From assembly GCA_019058445.1 (NCBI GenBank), contig JAHPZA010000006.1, positions 384,001 through 448,000 of the forward strand: DNA of 64,000 nucleotides. Direction: 5' to 3'. Below the pieces are notes generated by a model that was not told the DNA's origin, ran no database searches, and was given only the letters and a program-made list of their open reading frames with translations. Origin of the DNA: Promethearchaeota archaeon. GTDB taxonomy: Archaea > Asgardarchaeota > Lokiarchaeia > Sigyniarchaeales > SOKP01. Positions 41,023 through 52,433 of this stretch are shown here, one piece after another (within the stretch, counting starts at the first letter, position 1; each line of letters begins with the position of its first letter). A program made the position numbers and the translations under genes.

Positions 41023-41771
41023 TATATATCAATCTCCCCCTTTAATGTTACTGTTCCGGCTGCCTCATCATATTCAATGGGCCCGCCTTGTTCAATCATT
41101 TTCTTTAAAATCTTTTTAGCTGTTTCTTCTTTCATATCGATCGCTAAAGTAATGTTTCTTAGCTCTAATGTAGCATCTTTCTGTAATGACATTATAAATT
41201 GCAGGAGCTGAGAAACGATATATTTAGATTTTATTAACGCTTTCATCGCAGCAACTCTATTAATATAAGAATTTGCAAAGATTTCTTTCTTTTCAAACTC
41301 AGTTTTTAGTTGTTCTTCAATTTGGGTCATTTTTTCATCGAATTCATCTTGAAGGGTTGATAATTCTTGAATTCTATCTTTTAATTCTGCTAATCGTTGG
41401 CTCCGGTTTTCTAATTCTTCCTTTTTTGACTTAATTTTCTCTTGAGTTTCATTTAATTCATTTTGAACTTTTTGAATCTTGTCCAATAATTCTTGACGTT
41501 GTTTAGATAATTGACTATTTTCCTCCTCAAATTTGATGATATCTCTGTTAATCTGCGATATCTTATTCTTAAGGGAATTTATTTCATCGTCGTTAGATTC
41601 AATAGTTTTAACGTTATTGTTTTTTTCATTTTCGAACTGTTCTATTAAATTTAATAAGTTTGACGGATGATCCTTTAGTTTCGGAACAGTTTCAGAGTTT
41701 ATCCCGGTTATTTCTTCTATAGTACTAATAATTTTCTTTAAAGATGTTTTCGCGTTAGTTATTTCACTCAT
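41022..41771 (-). CDS. Coiled-coil protein with a C-terminal winged helix
   Basis: Long heptads, then LRNITLAIDMKEETAKKILKKMIEQG.PIEYD; 1-nt overlap with the next gene. Confidence 0.65.
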   Translation of the reverse strand: MSEITNAKTSLKKIISTIEEITGINSETVPKLKDHPSNLLNLIEQFENEKNNNVKTIESNDDEINSLKNKISQINRDIIKFEEENSQLSKQRQELLDKIQKVQNELNETQEKIKSKKEELENRSQRLAELKDRIQELSTLQDEFDEKMTQIEEQLKTEFEKKEIFANSYINRVAAMKALIKSKYIVSQLLQFIMSLQKDATLELRNITLAIDMKEETAKKILKKMIEQGGPIEYDEAAGTVTLKGEIDI

Positions 41772-41945
41772 AGTACTAACTCCTTTAAAATGTTCTTAAA
41801 AGTCTAATCTTAATTATTTAATTTAAATTTTCTTAATTCGAATAAAAATAGAGATTTTAACTAAACTTTAACAAAAAATAAGGTTTTAAAAACCATTTAA
41901 AATTAATTCAAGTTAAAGTACAAACCTATTTATTCAGTAGCTAAA

Positions 41946-43049
41946 ATGAATGATCAAGATATATACGAGCAATTAATGAGTCATTTATCTAAATTAGCGA
42001 TGAGTTATGCGCCCAGAGAAGATTTACTTCCAATTTTAAAGGAAAGTCTTAATCCAGAGGAAGCCAAAGTAATCCTCGCATTACCTAATTATGTAATACC
42101 ATTACAAGGTGCTAGGATTAGTGAAATTTCAAAAAACTCGGATCTCTCTTTAGATAAACTTAAACTAATGCTTGGAAATCTTTCAGAAAGAGGGTTAATA
42201 TATTCATGTAAAGATGAAAAAGAAGGGGATATAAAGTATGCCATCAATCAGCCAGGTTATGGGTTTCCGCAAACTTTTTTCTGGAAGGACGAGGCTACTC
42301 CTCATTCAAAAAACATGGCAAAACACATTCTAAAATATTTTAATAATGAAGTAACAAAAGAAGTATTCGCTCCTACACCAACACCTTTTCGGTTTGTCCC
42401 AGTTGACGAAACGATTGAACCTGATATCCAATCGGTAATGCCATATCAAATCATGAACAATATAATTGAAAAGGCAAGAGTTATTGCCGTTTCGAACTGT
42501 TCATGTAGGGTTACAACAAAACTTATAGGAAGAGACTGCGGACATCCGTTAGAAGTATGCATGAAATTTAATGAATTAGCAGAATATGTAATTCAAAAGG
42601 GATTTGCAAGAGAAATTTCTAAAGAGGAAGCCAAGAAAATTAATAAATGGGCTTCCGAAGCAGGGTTAGTTCATTTTGTAGATAATATTATCGATAATGT
42701 GCTCCAGAATTGTAATTGTTGTGGCTGCAGTTGTTGGAATCTGGGACGTATCAAGCGTAGAAAAATCCCGAGAGATGAAATAATTGCCACTTATTTTATT
42801 CGCAATACTATTGAAGATAATTGTATAGGATGTGGTAATTGTATTGAAATCTGTCCTGCTGATGCTGTTCATTTAGTAGATAACATTGCTCAAGTAGAAA
42901 GAGACTGGTGTATTGGCTGCGGTGTTTGCGTATCCAAATGCCCGAATGATGCAATTAAAATAGTTATTCGGGATGATTTAAAAAATAAAATCCCTGAAAA
43001 CACTTTTGAAGAATTGCATCAACAAATATTAGAAAATAGATGGAAATAA
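41946..43049 (+). CDS. 4Fe-4S dicluster-domain protein
   Basis: CSCR, CNCCGCSC, CIGCGNCIEICP, CIGCGVCVSKCP. Confidence 0.85.
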   Translation: MNDQDIYEQLMSHLSKLAMSYAPREDLLPILKESLNPEEAKVILALPNYVIPLQGARISEISKNSDLSLDKLKLMLGNLSERGLIYSCKDEKEGDIKYAINQPGYGFPQTFFWKDEATPHSKNMAKHILKYFNNEVTKEVFAPTPTPFRFVPVDETIEPDIQSVMPYQIMNNIIEKARVIAVSNCSCRVTTKLIGRDCGHPLEVCMKFNELAEYVIQKGFAREISKEEAKKINKWASEAGLVHFVDNIIDNVLQNCNCCGCSCWNLGRIKRRKIPRDEIIATYFIRNTIEDNCIGCGNCIEICPADAVHLVDNIAQVERDWCIGCGVCVSKCPNDAIKIVIRDDLKNKIPENTFEELHQQILENRWK

Positions 43050-43189
43050 CCTATTTAGATACCTCACATTGAACTTATCGTTGATTTTTAAAATTTTTTT
43101 ATCAGCTATAATTTAAAACCAACGTAAATTATAAATCTAACATAAAAAATTATTGATATGAAAACAAGAAAAAGTGAGAAATTGAAAGT

Positions 43190-43651
43190 ATGGCAGAAGA
43201 TTTCCAAAAAAAAAAAATTGAAGAATTAGAATCACAATTAGAAGTAAAAAATAAAGAAATTTCTAATTATCTCAATAGAATAGAATATCTAGAAGATACG
43301 ATAATGGAAATAGAAAATGATTCCTCTAAAGGAACTAAAAAAAGCGAAATTCCCTTATTAAAATTTCAAAAAGAGGAATTAGAAAGAAAATATCGTGAAT
43401 TGAAAGATAAAATGGGATATATACGTGCTGAGAATGTAAAACTAAAAATAGAACTTGAAAAGCAACGAAAATCTAATCCAAATTCAACTTCAATTCAAAT
43501 CGTTACTCAAAATCCCTTTTCAAATCAAGTTATTACCTCTCTCGCTAAAGATGTTGTCTATATCGAGAATGAAATTAAAAAAGCAGATATGAATAAAGAA
43601 GAAATTGTTCGGAAATTAAAGCATTTTATGAAGCTCATTAAGGATGGATAG
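43190..43651 (+). CDS. Coiled-coil protein, short member of paralog family A
   Basis: KIEELESQLEVKNKEISNYLNRIEYLEDTIMEIE...LKDKMGYIRAE aligns with the N-termini of 23727 and 24829. Confidence 0.65.
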   Translation: MAEDFQKKKIEELESQLEVKNKEISNYLNRIEYLEDTIMEIENDSSKGTKKSEIPLLKFQKEELERKYRELKDKMGYIRAENVKLKIELEKQRKSNPNSTSIQIVTQNPFSNQVITSLAKDVVYIENEIKKADMNKEEIVRKLKHFMKLIKDG

Positions 43652-43803
43652 AATTTTATGGATATAAATCCAAACTTGAATGCCCTTCTTATTGGAATCC
43701 TTTTAAATAATCATAACAATAATAATTAAAATCAAAAGACTTAATTTTTCAAAGATCATTCCAATTAATTATCAATAAGTCAATATTTGAGAGATGAAAT
43801 TAA

Positions 43804-44487
43804 TTGATAAAAGAGGGAATATTAAAAGGGGCAGACCGTAAAGAACCGATCTGGAAAAAAACTAAACTTGGAGAACCCTTTAAGAAAGCATTAGACACAT
43901 TTAGGGAGAGTGTGCTTGGACGTGATGATTTTGATCCCACAGCATTATTACAATTTGGTTTGTTTATGTCAATGGCAGTAATTAATATGTTAAAAGAAAA
44001 TGAAGCCACTTTTGGTGTAGAAGGTCAAAAAGCAGCAAATAGGGCATTGATCAAAACAGGATATAATGTAGGAAAGGAAATTGTTGAAAGTGCGGAAATA
44101 CCACAAGATATTACTCCCATAGAATTAATGAGTTTTATAGCCACGATTATTAATACGCAAGCTTGGACTTCAATTGAGGACCCTACTATTGATAGCGAAG
44201 ATCAATGCTCATTTAATATATTATGGTGCCCATTACAGGATGTATACCGAGCATTTGATTGTAGAGTCCAGAGGTATTTGGTTCAAGGAATTATAGATGC
44301 ATTTAGGGAAAAAAATCCTTTTGGGAATGATTATCAGGTAGAATTCACTCAAACCATTCCGGCTGGCGCAAAACATTGCCGATTTGTTATTACAGAAAAA
44401 AAACCCGGTGAACTGGATAAATGGGAGGGATATTCAAAAATATTAGAGAAAAAAGCTATGAAAAGATTGAAAGAAAGACAAAAATAA
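43804..44487 (+). CDS. Hypothetical protein, V4R/ATC-hydrolase-like ligand-binding fold
   Basis: WCP...DC...TIPAGAKHCRF cysteine pattern. Confidence 0.55.
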   Translation: MIKEGILKGADRKEPIWKKTKLGEPFKKALDTFRESVLGRDDFDPTALLQFGLFMSMAVINMLKENEATFGVEGQKAANRALIKTGYNVGKEIVESAEIPQDITPIELMSFIATIINTQAWTSIEDPTIDSEDQCSFNILWCPLQDVYRAFDCRVQRYLVQGIIDAFREKNPFGNDYQVEFTQTIPAGAKHCRFVITEKKPGELDKWEGYSKILEKKAMKRLKERQK

Positions 44488-44674
44488 CTATTATTTTTCC
44501 TTCTAAAAACTTTTAACATTAATTTTATGTTTTTTTATTTTTGGAATTGAATATAGGATTGTAAATTCAATAATAAATAGCTCAAAAAACTTACTTAGTA
44601 TAATAAGTTTTATATAAAAATGAGAGAGAATTATTATTTAAAAGTCTTAAAATTTTATTAAAAAAAGTGATTTT

Positions 44675-46069
44675 ATGTCTGATAAAAGTATAATCCCAAC
44701 ATATACTATAAATGATAAACTTATATGGAGTTTGGCGAGTCTAGGAGGATCAATAATTTCTGGAATATTTGCAGCATTACTTCTCTATTTTTATCAAGTT
44801 TATTTAGGTTTGGATGCGTTCTTGATAGCGATTGCCGCAGCGATTTATGCAATCTGGAATGCAATAAACGATCCGCTTTTTGGCTATATTTCTGATTCAA
44901 AAAGCTACAAAAAAAAGGGTCGGCGTATACCTTACATGAGATACACAACTCCGTTATTGGCCTTTGGATTTATCTTGGTTTGGTTCGTACCGTTAACATT
45001 GGACAATTTTTCCATCTTTTTATGGATGTTAATTTCAATGTTAATATATGATACGGCCTATACGATAATTTTTCTCATGCAATCTGCTTTATTACCGGAA
45101 ATTACTGAAGATGACCACGAAAGAGGTGAGTTCAATAAATATGCAGGGCTTTTCTATCTTATAGGAGTAATTATCGGATTTGTCATTCCCGAACTTTTAC
45201 GGCCTAAGGTTGGTCAAATATCATTAATACCGTTATACATAGGAGTAATAGCTGTGGGAATTATAGGTTCCATATTTATCGTAATTCCAACATATAGGTT
45301 CCATGAACGTCCGGAATTCACGCTTGTTGACGAACCTGTAGGCCTTGTTGATGCCATTAAATACACTTTTAAAAGCAAAGCATTTATAATAGTTGCGTGC
45401 GCCAATTTCATGAGTATCTTTATGCAACAGATACTCTTAGGATTAATGTTCTATTTGGGAGATTATGTCTTGCGCACTTCTACTCTCTATTTAGTTTTAT
45501 CTTTATTTGTTGGGTTAGTAATTGGTACGTTATTTGCTAATATCCTAGCGGGAAAATTAGGGGTAGTAAAGGCACAGCAAGTACTATTAATTATTGGTGC
45601 AATCTTCCTAATGGTAATCCCCTTCGTTCCTAATTTTTTTATTTATGTATGCTTATTTTTTGCTGGAGTTGGAATATCGGGACCATTAGTTTTGACTAAT
45701 GTGCTTTTTGCTCAAGTTGCCGATGAGGACGAAACTATATCAGGTGTAAGGAGAGAAGCTATGTTTTTTGGAACAAACGCACTCATAACTAAACCTGCTC
45801 AATCTGTTGCCATAGCAGTAGCCGCTATTTTATTGCAGTTATCTGGTTTCATACCAGCTGGAGAGAAAGGAATAGTTCTTGATCAACCTGAATCTGCAAT
45901 ATTTATGATGAAAATAGTAGTTGGTTTTCTTCCGGGACTTGCTCTTTTGATCGGCGCACTAATTTATATTTGGTATCCCCTGAAAGGTGAATATTTAACG
46001 AAAGTTCAAGAAAAAGTATTAAGGATGCATGAAGAAAAGCATGCAAAATTAATGGAAAGACAATCTTAA
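44675..46069 (+). CDS. MFS transporter, glycoside-pentoside-hexuronide family
   Basis: WNAINDPLFGYISD, GRRIPY, DEDE..SGVRREAMFFG; about 12 TM. Confidence 0.88.
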   Translation: MSDKSIIPTYTINDKLIWSLASLGGSIISGIFAALLLYFYQVYLGLDAFLIAIAAAIYAIWNAINDPLFGYISDSKSYKKKGRRIPYMRYTTPLLAFGFILVWFVPLTLDNFSIFLWMLISMLIYDTAYTIIFLMQSALLPEITEDDHERGEFNKYAGLFYLIGVIIGFVIPELLRPKVGQISLIPLYIGVIAVGIIGSIFIVIPTYRFHERPEFTLVDEPVGLVDAIKYTFKSKAFIIVACANFMSIFMQQILLGLMFYLGDYVLRTSTLYLVLSLFVGLVIGTLFANILAGKLGVVKAQQVLLIIGAIFLMVIPFVPNFFIYVCLFFAGVGISGPLVLTNVLFAQVADEDETISGVRREAMFFGTNALITKPAQSVAIAVAAILLQLSGFIPAGEKGIVLDQPESAIFMMKIVVGFLPGLALLIGALIYIWYPLKGEYLTKVQEKVLRMHEEKHAKLMERQS

Positions 46070-46132
46070 AAATAAATTCTCTTTTTTTTCCTTTTTTAAA
46101 CTCATAATAGTAAAAATAAGACTGAGTTTTCT

Positions 46133-47758
46133 TTATTTATGTTTTAAAATCTGCCCATTTAAAGTTCCAATATGATTTCCTCTCTCAACCGTAATTTTAC
46201 CATTCACAATAACATAATCAATACCAACAGGGTATTGACAGCCGTTCTTATATGTTGCTTTATCAATGATAATTTCGGGATCGAATATAACTAAATCAGC
46301 TTTATATCCTGGCTTAATTATGCCCCGATTCTTTAAATGAAGGATAGAGGCTGGTAATGAAGTCATTTTTCTAATTGCTTCCTCTAGTGATATAATTTTT
46401 TTTTCTCTCACAAATCGGCTTAATATTCTGGGAAATGTACCGTAAGCGCGAGGATGAGTGTTTCCTTCTAGAGGGATTATACCATCTGATCCAATACTTA
46501 CAAAGTCTTGTTTAAACAGAGATCTTATGCTTTTTCTTTCATTCATCATTTTCATAGAAACCATTATGGCCCCCTCCTCATCCCTTATGAAATCTAGTAA
46601 AGCATCAAGAGTATTTTCATTCGGATAAAGAGTTTTTAATGCTTTTTCTAACTTAAAACCTTGAATTTCTTTATTATATAACACAGAAATGATATTAGTG
46701 TTTCTCCCTAAATAAGAGATGATCCCCTCTATTATTTCTGATTTTGAAATACCTTCAGGAACGTTTTTTATATAATTTGTTGTTAGTGTATTTAAAATTT
46801 CATTGATAATCCTTTTTCTCACTTCAGGATTTGTCAAATTTTCCTTAAAATTAGCGTAAACCCATGGCTTCAGTAAGAGCCCTGACAAGCTAGATGAGCT
46901 TGCCTCGTATGGATAAATATCTGCGTGGATATTGAGCCCCTCACTACGAGCTTTTTTGATAAATGCTATCATTTCCGGGGTTAAATCCCAAGCTGTACTA
47001 CTCACTGCTTTCCAATGTGAAATCTGAGCTTGAACTTCTGCCTTACGAGCAATCTCTACGAGTTCGGTCATGCCCGTATCAATCACATTGGTCCCTTCAT
47101 TTCTCATATGGGAATCATATATCCCGTTATATTCACTAACAACTTTTGCGAGTTCAATTATCTCTTCTGTAGATGTAATTATACCAGGTGAATAAATAAG
47201 GCCCGTGGATAATCCAAATGCACCTGCTTCCATTCCTCTTCTAATAATCGTTTTCATTATCTCAAGTTCCTTATTAGTAGCAGTTCGATCTTCCATGCCT
47301 AAAACGCTCGCCCTTACATTCCCATGTGGTATAAAAAACGCTAAATTTGGAGAAATTCCTTTTTTCTCGAGTAGCTCCATATATTTTTGAATCGTATCAT
47401 ACAATTGTAGTTTTGAAGAGCCAAACATGTTGGTGACAAAATTAGCATAGTAGTTTCGTACCTTATCATTGGCAGGGGCGAGTCCTAAACCACACATTCC
47501 CACAACTAGAGTTGTCACTCCTTGCATAATACTCGGTTCAGCCTTATTAATTTGGAGAATCGTCAGATCGGCATGTGAATGCATATCGATAAATCCTGGA
47601 GCAATAATTTTACTCGTAGCATCAATTAGAATGTTTCCATTTGATGCTAAATTAGGTCCGATTTCCTTAATTTCCTCATTTTCTATCAATAGCTCACTTT
47701 TATATTGTGGGGTACCAGTTCCGTCAATAATTGAGCCATTCTTTATTAGAATTCCCAT
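46133..47758 (-). CDS. N-acyl-D-amino-acid deacylase family amidohydrolase
   Basis: PGFIDMHSHAD, GLSTGLIY, SHMRNE, GSDG, HPRAYGTFPR, KMTSLPA. Confidence 0.88.
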   Translation of the reverse strand: MGILIKNGSIIDGTGTPQYKSELLIENEEIKEIGPNLASNGNILIDATSKIIAPGFIDMHSHADLTILQINKAEPSIMQGVTTLVVGMCGLGLAPANDKVRNYYANFVTNMFGSSKLQLYDTIQKYMELLEKKGISPNLAFFIPHGNVRASVLGMEDRTATNKELEIMKTIIRRGMEAGAFGLSTGLIYSPGIITSTEEIIELAKVVSEYNGIYDSHMRNEGTNVIDTGMTELVEIARKAEVQAQISHWKAVSSTAWDLTPEMIAFIKKARSEGLNIHADIYPYEASSSSLSGLLLKPWVYANFKENLTNPEVRKRIINEILNTLTTNYIKNVPEGISKSEIIEGIISYLGRNTNIISVLYNKEIQGFKLEKALKTLYPNENTLDALLDFIRDEEGAIMVSMKMMNERKSIRSLFKQDFVSIGSDGIIPLEGNTHPRAYGTFPRILSRFVREKKIISLEEAIRKMTSLPASILHLKNRGIIKPGYKADLVIFDPEIIIDKATYKNGCQYPVGIDYVIVNGKITVERGNHIGTLNGQILKHK

Positions 47759-47868
47759 AAAAAATCTCTTTTCATTTTCAAATAATCTATTAAGTTAGTT
47801 AATTTAGATAATCAGAAAAATTTTAAATCAGTTTAGAATTATACTCTTAAATTTAAAGGTGAATTAAT

Positions 47869-49170
47869 ATGGCTAATGTCAGTTCAAAAATAGAAAAGAA
47901 TAATGTACCCGAAATAAAAGAGAAGCATCTACCCCAAAAATTTAACTACATGAAAAATAAAGTGGTTGTACTCCCATTAGATGAATATTCACCAGAAAAA
48001 ATTCAAAAAACTTTACGATCCATAATCAATATGTTAGGAATTAAGGAGTACATCGCCAATAAATCAGTTTTGCTAAAACCTAACCTTCTCGCTCCATCGA
48101 AAAATGCATTTACTCCTCCCGAAATTGTGTTGGAATTAATTAAACTTATAAAAACAGATATGCTTGCAAAAGAAGTGCTCGTTGGCGACTCCACAATGAC
48201 CAAAAAATTAACTAGTATTACTTTTAAAAGAAGTAAATTCAATGATATTTGTGAAGCAGAAAAGGTTAAAACTCTTAACTTTTTTGAATCTGAACGAATT
48301 AAAGTCAATTTAAATAATCCTGTATATGACGTTGAAGAAATAATTTATTTACCAAGAGAAATTAAGGACATTGATATAATTATTAATCTACCCAAGTTAA
48401 AAACTCATAATGGATATGTTTATACCGGTGCGATTAAAAATCTTTTTGGTCTTTTAGGAAATAAAATGAACATGCATATGACGCATAAAAATAAAATAGA
48501 ATTTCAAAAAATGCTCGCAGACATATTTTTTGCAGTAGAAGAAACTAATAGTAGCGATTTCCCCAAGATTTTAACTATTATGGATGCAGTCATAGCAATG
48601 GAGGGTAAAGGTCCTAGAGCAGGTAAACCAAGGAAAATTGGCCTTATGATAGCGGGATTTAATCCTGCAGCGGTAGATATTGTAGGATATACATTAATGA
48701 ATGGAAATCCGACTAATTTAGATGCCATAACCTCATTAGCAAAAAGAACGGAACTTCCTGTTGATATTAATCAGTTAGACATTATTGGAATAGATAACAT
48801 TAATAATTTCATTATTAAAGACTTTAAAAAACCTAAAATTTCCCTCCTGAAAAAGGATCGGATTAGAGAGGGTACTCTTATTTCAAAATTATCAGAAAAA
48901 TTAATGAAAATATCTATAAAAATCAATCGCAAACGATGCATCCTCTGTGAAGAGTGTGTGAGACACTGCCCTGCGGAAGCCTTAGTCAAGAAAAACGATC
49001 GGATTTTTGTTGATCATGATAAGTGTATTGAATGCTTTTGTTGCGGAGAAAGTTGCCCTAATAATGCCATAAGTGCTAAATTTTACATCTTTAGAGTTCT
49101 CCCCTTGGCAATTTTATTGTTTAGTATAGCAGCAATAATTATCCTATGGTTCATAACTTCTCTCTTTTAA
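47869..49170 (+). CDS. DUF362 protein with a 2x[4Fe-4S] domain and C-terminal membrane anchor
   Basis: LLKPNLL, NLPKLKTH, GAIKNLFG, MEGKGP, CILCEECVRHCP, CIECFCCGESCP. Confidence 0.8.
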   Translation: MANVSSKIEKNNVPEIKEKHLPQKFNYMKNKVVVLPLDEYSPEKIQKTLRSIINMLGIKEYIANKSVLLKPNLLAPSKNAFTPPEIVLELIKLIKTDMLAKEVLVGDSTMTKKLTSITFKRSKFNDICEAEKVKTLNFFESERIKVNLNNPVYDVEEIIYLPREIKDIDIIINLPKLKTHNGYVYTGAIKNLFGLLGNKMNMHMTHKNKIEFQKMLADIFFAVEETNSSDFPKILTIMDAVIAMEGKGPRAGKPRKIGLMIAGFNPAAVDIVGYTLMNGNPTNLDAITSLAKRTELPVDINQLDIIGIDNINNFIIKDFKKPKISLLKKDRIREGTLISKLSEKLMKISIKINRKRCILCEECVRHCPAEALVKKNDRIFVDHDKCIECFCCGESCPNNAISAKFYIFRVLPLAILLFSIAAIIILWFITSLF

Positions 49171-49305
49171 ATTGTAGTTTTCAATTATTAGGAAAACTTA
49201 CAAATTTGCTTTATTATCATAAAAATATCTCTTCTCCTTGAATCTCTTTCAACTTTAACCTCATAAATTTAAATATCTTTCTTCTCTTATTATAATGATA
49301 CCTCA

Positions 49306-50349
49306 ATGAGAGAAAATAAGAAGAATTTCCCAGTTGGAAAACTCAAACACGACTTTTTAGCTAGAATACTTGATAATTTCATTTCTGATTTAGCTATTCA
49401 AGACGAAAGAGTAATTATGGGATCTAAAATTGGAGAAGACGCGGCTGTAATTGATATGGGGGAAAAATATTTAATTGCAAAAACGGATCCCATTACATTT
49501 GCTACAGATGAAATAGGCTATTATGCTGTAAATGTTAATGTAAATGATGTAGTATGCACGGGTGCTAAACCAAAGTGGTTTCAATCCACTATTTTATTAC
49601 CCGAAAAAAATACAACTGAACAATCTATTGAAAGTATTTTTAAAAGTATCCATGATACATGCAAGTCTATGAATATAACGGTAATTGGGGGGCACACAGA
49701 AGTGACTCCTCGGCTTGATAGGCCAATTGTAATTGGTTCTTTATTGGGGGAAGTTGAAAAAGAAAAGCTTGTTTTAACCTCTGGGGCAAAACCAGGAGAT
49801 GCGATTATTTTAACAAAAGGAATATTTATAGAAGGGACGGCTATAATTGGCCGTGAAAAAGAAACAGAACTCTTAAAAAGAGGTTTTGATTTGTCATTTA
49901 TAAACACATGTAAAAATTACCTCTTTGAACCAGGTATAAGTGTTTTTAAGGAAGCACTTTTAGCCGGAGAAAACTTTGAGATTAATTCTTTTCATGATCC
50001 AACGGAAGGTGGCTTATACTGCGGCATCGCAGAAATGGCAATAGCTTCTGAAACGGGAGTCCTCGTTGAAGAAGAAAGAATAAAAGTGCTACCAGAACCA
50101 TTAGAATTAAGTAAGATTTATAATTTAAATCCGATGGGAACTATATCTTCAGGTTCATTATTGATTACTTTACGCGATGATAATGAGGAATTCTCTAAAT
50201 TAATTGATATTTTAAATAAAAACAACATTTTAGCTAATAAAATCGGTAATGTTGTAGATAAAAAGAAAGGGCTAATGATAAGAAGAAAAGATGGAAAAAT
50301 CCAACCTCTAAAATACTCTGAAACGGACGAAATTACCAAAATATTCTAA
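49306..50349 (+). CDS. AIR-synthase-related protein (HypE/PurM-like)
   Basis: GEDAAV, TDPIT, NVND, GGHTEVT, HDPTEGG. Confidence 0.85.
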   Translation: MRENKKNFPVGKLKHDFLARILDNFISDLAIQDERVIMGSKIGEDAAVIDMGEKYLIAKTDPITFATDEIGYYAVNVNVNDVVCTGAKPKWFQSTILLPEKNTTEQSIESIFKSIHDTCKSMNITVIGGHTEVTPRLDRPIVIGSLLGEVEKEKLVLTSGAKPGDAIILTKGIFIEGTAIIGREKETELLKRGFDLSFINTCKNYLFEPGISVFKEALLAGENFEINSFHDPTEGGLYCGIAEMAIASETGVLVEEERIKVLPEPLELSKIYNLNPMGTISSGSLLITLRDDNEEFSKLIDILNKNNILANKIGNVVDKKKGLMIRRKDGKIQPLKYSETDEITKIF

Positions 50350-50497
50350 ATAAACTCAGAATTTCAAGATAAATCATTATTTACCGAATATTTTTATATT
50401 CAGAATTTAAACTAATATTATATCTACATAATTTATTTTTGATTAATCTTTTATATTGATATCAACATCGACATATTGATCTATAAATTGGTTCAAA

Positions 50498-52429
50498 GTG
50501 GTAAATAAAGAATTAACTGAGATTCTAAATCAACTCAGTGAGATCTTTTCTGAGGAAATCTTTAATCTTAAAATGCATAAAAAAGCCTACTTCAATATTT
50601 TAGAAAAGAATAAAGATAAGTTCGAGAAATTCTTAGATCTCATAAGATCAAAATGGTTGGAATTTAAAAAAGTTAATCAGAAAAGAGTAATAAAGAAAAC
50701 ATTTACCAGCTTTTTATACATTAATTTCCATCAGTTCTTTAAATTATATTTACAGGATTTTTTTGGATTTGAAGCTGATTCCTTAGAACTAATTATAAAA
50801 GAAAATATATCAGATGATACTCTACTTTTAGAATACAAGTATCATTTAACCTCTGAAGAGATAGATCTTTATGAAGCTACTTCTAAAAAAGTTAAAGGTA
50901 ACCTTTATGGTTTACTATTCTTTACAGGATATTTATATCTTTTAACTGATGTCATAGGGATTTTAATTAGAAAGACGATAGGAGAGAAAATCTTAATTAA
51001 TCTCGATTGTGGAATAATAAAAAACGAAGATGACCATAATTTTCTAAATTTCTTGATATTAATTAGAAGTGATAAAAAAGAAGTTTATGTAAATTACTTT
51101 TATATGACATTATATTACTTTCTTAAACAATTTAAAGGAATCCCAGATGAATATTATGATAGATTGCTTAAAGGAAGAGAAAGATTATACCAAATTGCAT
51201 TGGATCAATACCCTACGGTAAAAGAGAGATTAGCCAATTTACTATATTATTTTTATAAAAAATGTAATTTATTAGAAAACTTCTGTCCCTTGTTAGATTT
51301 TTTAAACTTTGTATGCTCGCGTGTTGAAGACTCTTCGTTTTCTAAACATGATGTTATTAGAAAAGAGTTTTTAGATAATTTTGATTATACTATTGAAAAA
51401 AAAAATTCATTAACCAGAATTTTCGATTTCTTGGATCAGAAAAGTACCCTTTATAGTACGTTTCAAGCAAATAATCTTCCATCTCAAAAATCTCAATTTA
51501 ATTTATTTTTACTGATAATGAAATATTACTTTGCGAGTGGATTAGAAGCTTTTGAAGTGAGTGACTTACTATTTCTACCCGAGACGTTTAAAAAGAGGTT
51601 GAATCAACATAATAAATCTGTGAAGGAAGGAGTAATAGGATCAAATATTATCAATGATATAAATGAATTTATTAACTACTTTGCAATTTTGTCAAACAGT
51701 GGGGATATAAATAGCAATTTTAAAACAATATTTAATAAGGAAGTCTCTCAAATGAATTATCGATTTTTTAGGTCCTTTTTAAAGAGTTTTAATACGAAAT
51801 TTTTATCTTTAATAGATAAAGAGAATGAGATATTATCTGAGAACCCGAAAAATGAGCTTTATACATTTAATATTATTGTAGACCATATTTCCAGAATGTT
51901 ATACGTATTAATAGATAAAATTTTCCTCACTTCATCCAATCCCGATGACTCTTCAAAAAATTTTATTGATCCTCGAGGAAGATATATAGGGAAAAATATT
52001 GCTTTAAGAGTTCTTGAACTTTTTATTTTCCAAGAATTTAATTATTCAGATGATATCTGGCCCGAGATATTGATCTCTCTAAATGCTAATAAGGTTAAAA
52101 AAGATTTGAAAAATATTGTGGATATTCCTAATAAATCCTTTTATAATGATAAAGATTTAACCAAGTTTGTCACTACTTATAATCTGCAATCACTTAGTCC
52201 TGCATTATTTTTTGAAGAATGGTTAATAAATGAAATTATCTTGCCACTCAATAAGTTTATTTTGCATATTAGAAAATTAGTAAAGGACCCTTTTAATAAA
52301 AAAGAAATTACAGAACAACTTTTTAATTATTTCCGCAAGGATCGCAAGACGATAGATAAGAGAACATTAAATGAATTGAAATTTGTAAGTGAGCGACTTG
52401 CTCAATTTTGGGTTAGGAAATCGAATTAA
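50498..52429 (+). CDS. Hypothetical protein
   Basis: 643-aa ORF, no recognised motif. Confidence 0.6.
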   Translation: MVNKELTEILNQLSEIFSEEIFNLKMHKKAYFNILEKNKDKFEKFLDLIRSKWLEFKKVNQKRVIKKTFTSFLYINFHQFFKLYLQDFFGFEADSLELIIKENISDDTLLLEYKYHLTSEEIDLYEATSKKVKGNLYGLLFFTGYLYLLTDVIGILIRKTIGEKILINLDCGIIKNEDDHNFLNFLILIRSDKKEVYVNYFYMTLYYFLKQFKGIPDEYYDRLLKGRERLYQIALDQYPTVKERLANLLYYFYKKCNLLENFCPLLDFLNFVCSRVEDSSFSKHDVIRKEFLDNFDYTIEKKNSLTRIFDFLDQKSTLYSTFQANNLPSQKSQFNLFLLIMKYYFASGLEAFEVSDLLFLPETFKKRLNQHNKSVKEGVIGSNIINDINEFINYFAILSNSGDINSNFKTIFNKEVSQMNYRFFRSFLKSFNTKFLSLIDKENEILSENPKNELYTFNIIVDHISRMLYVLIDKIFLTSSNPDDSSKNFIDPRGRYIGKNIALRVLELFIFQEFNYSDDIWPEILISLNANKVKKDLKNIVDIPNKSFYNDKDLTKFVTTYNLQSLSPALFFEEWLINEIILPLNKFILHIRKLVKDPFNKKEITEQLFNYFRKDRKTIDKRTLNELKFVSERLAQFWVRKSN

Positions 52430-52433
52430 TATT

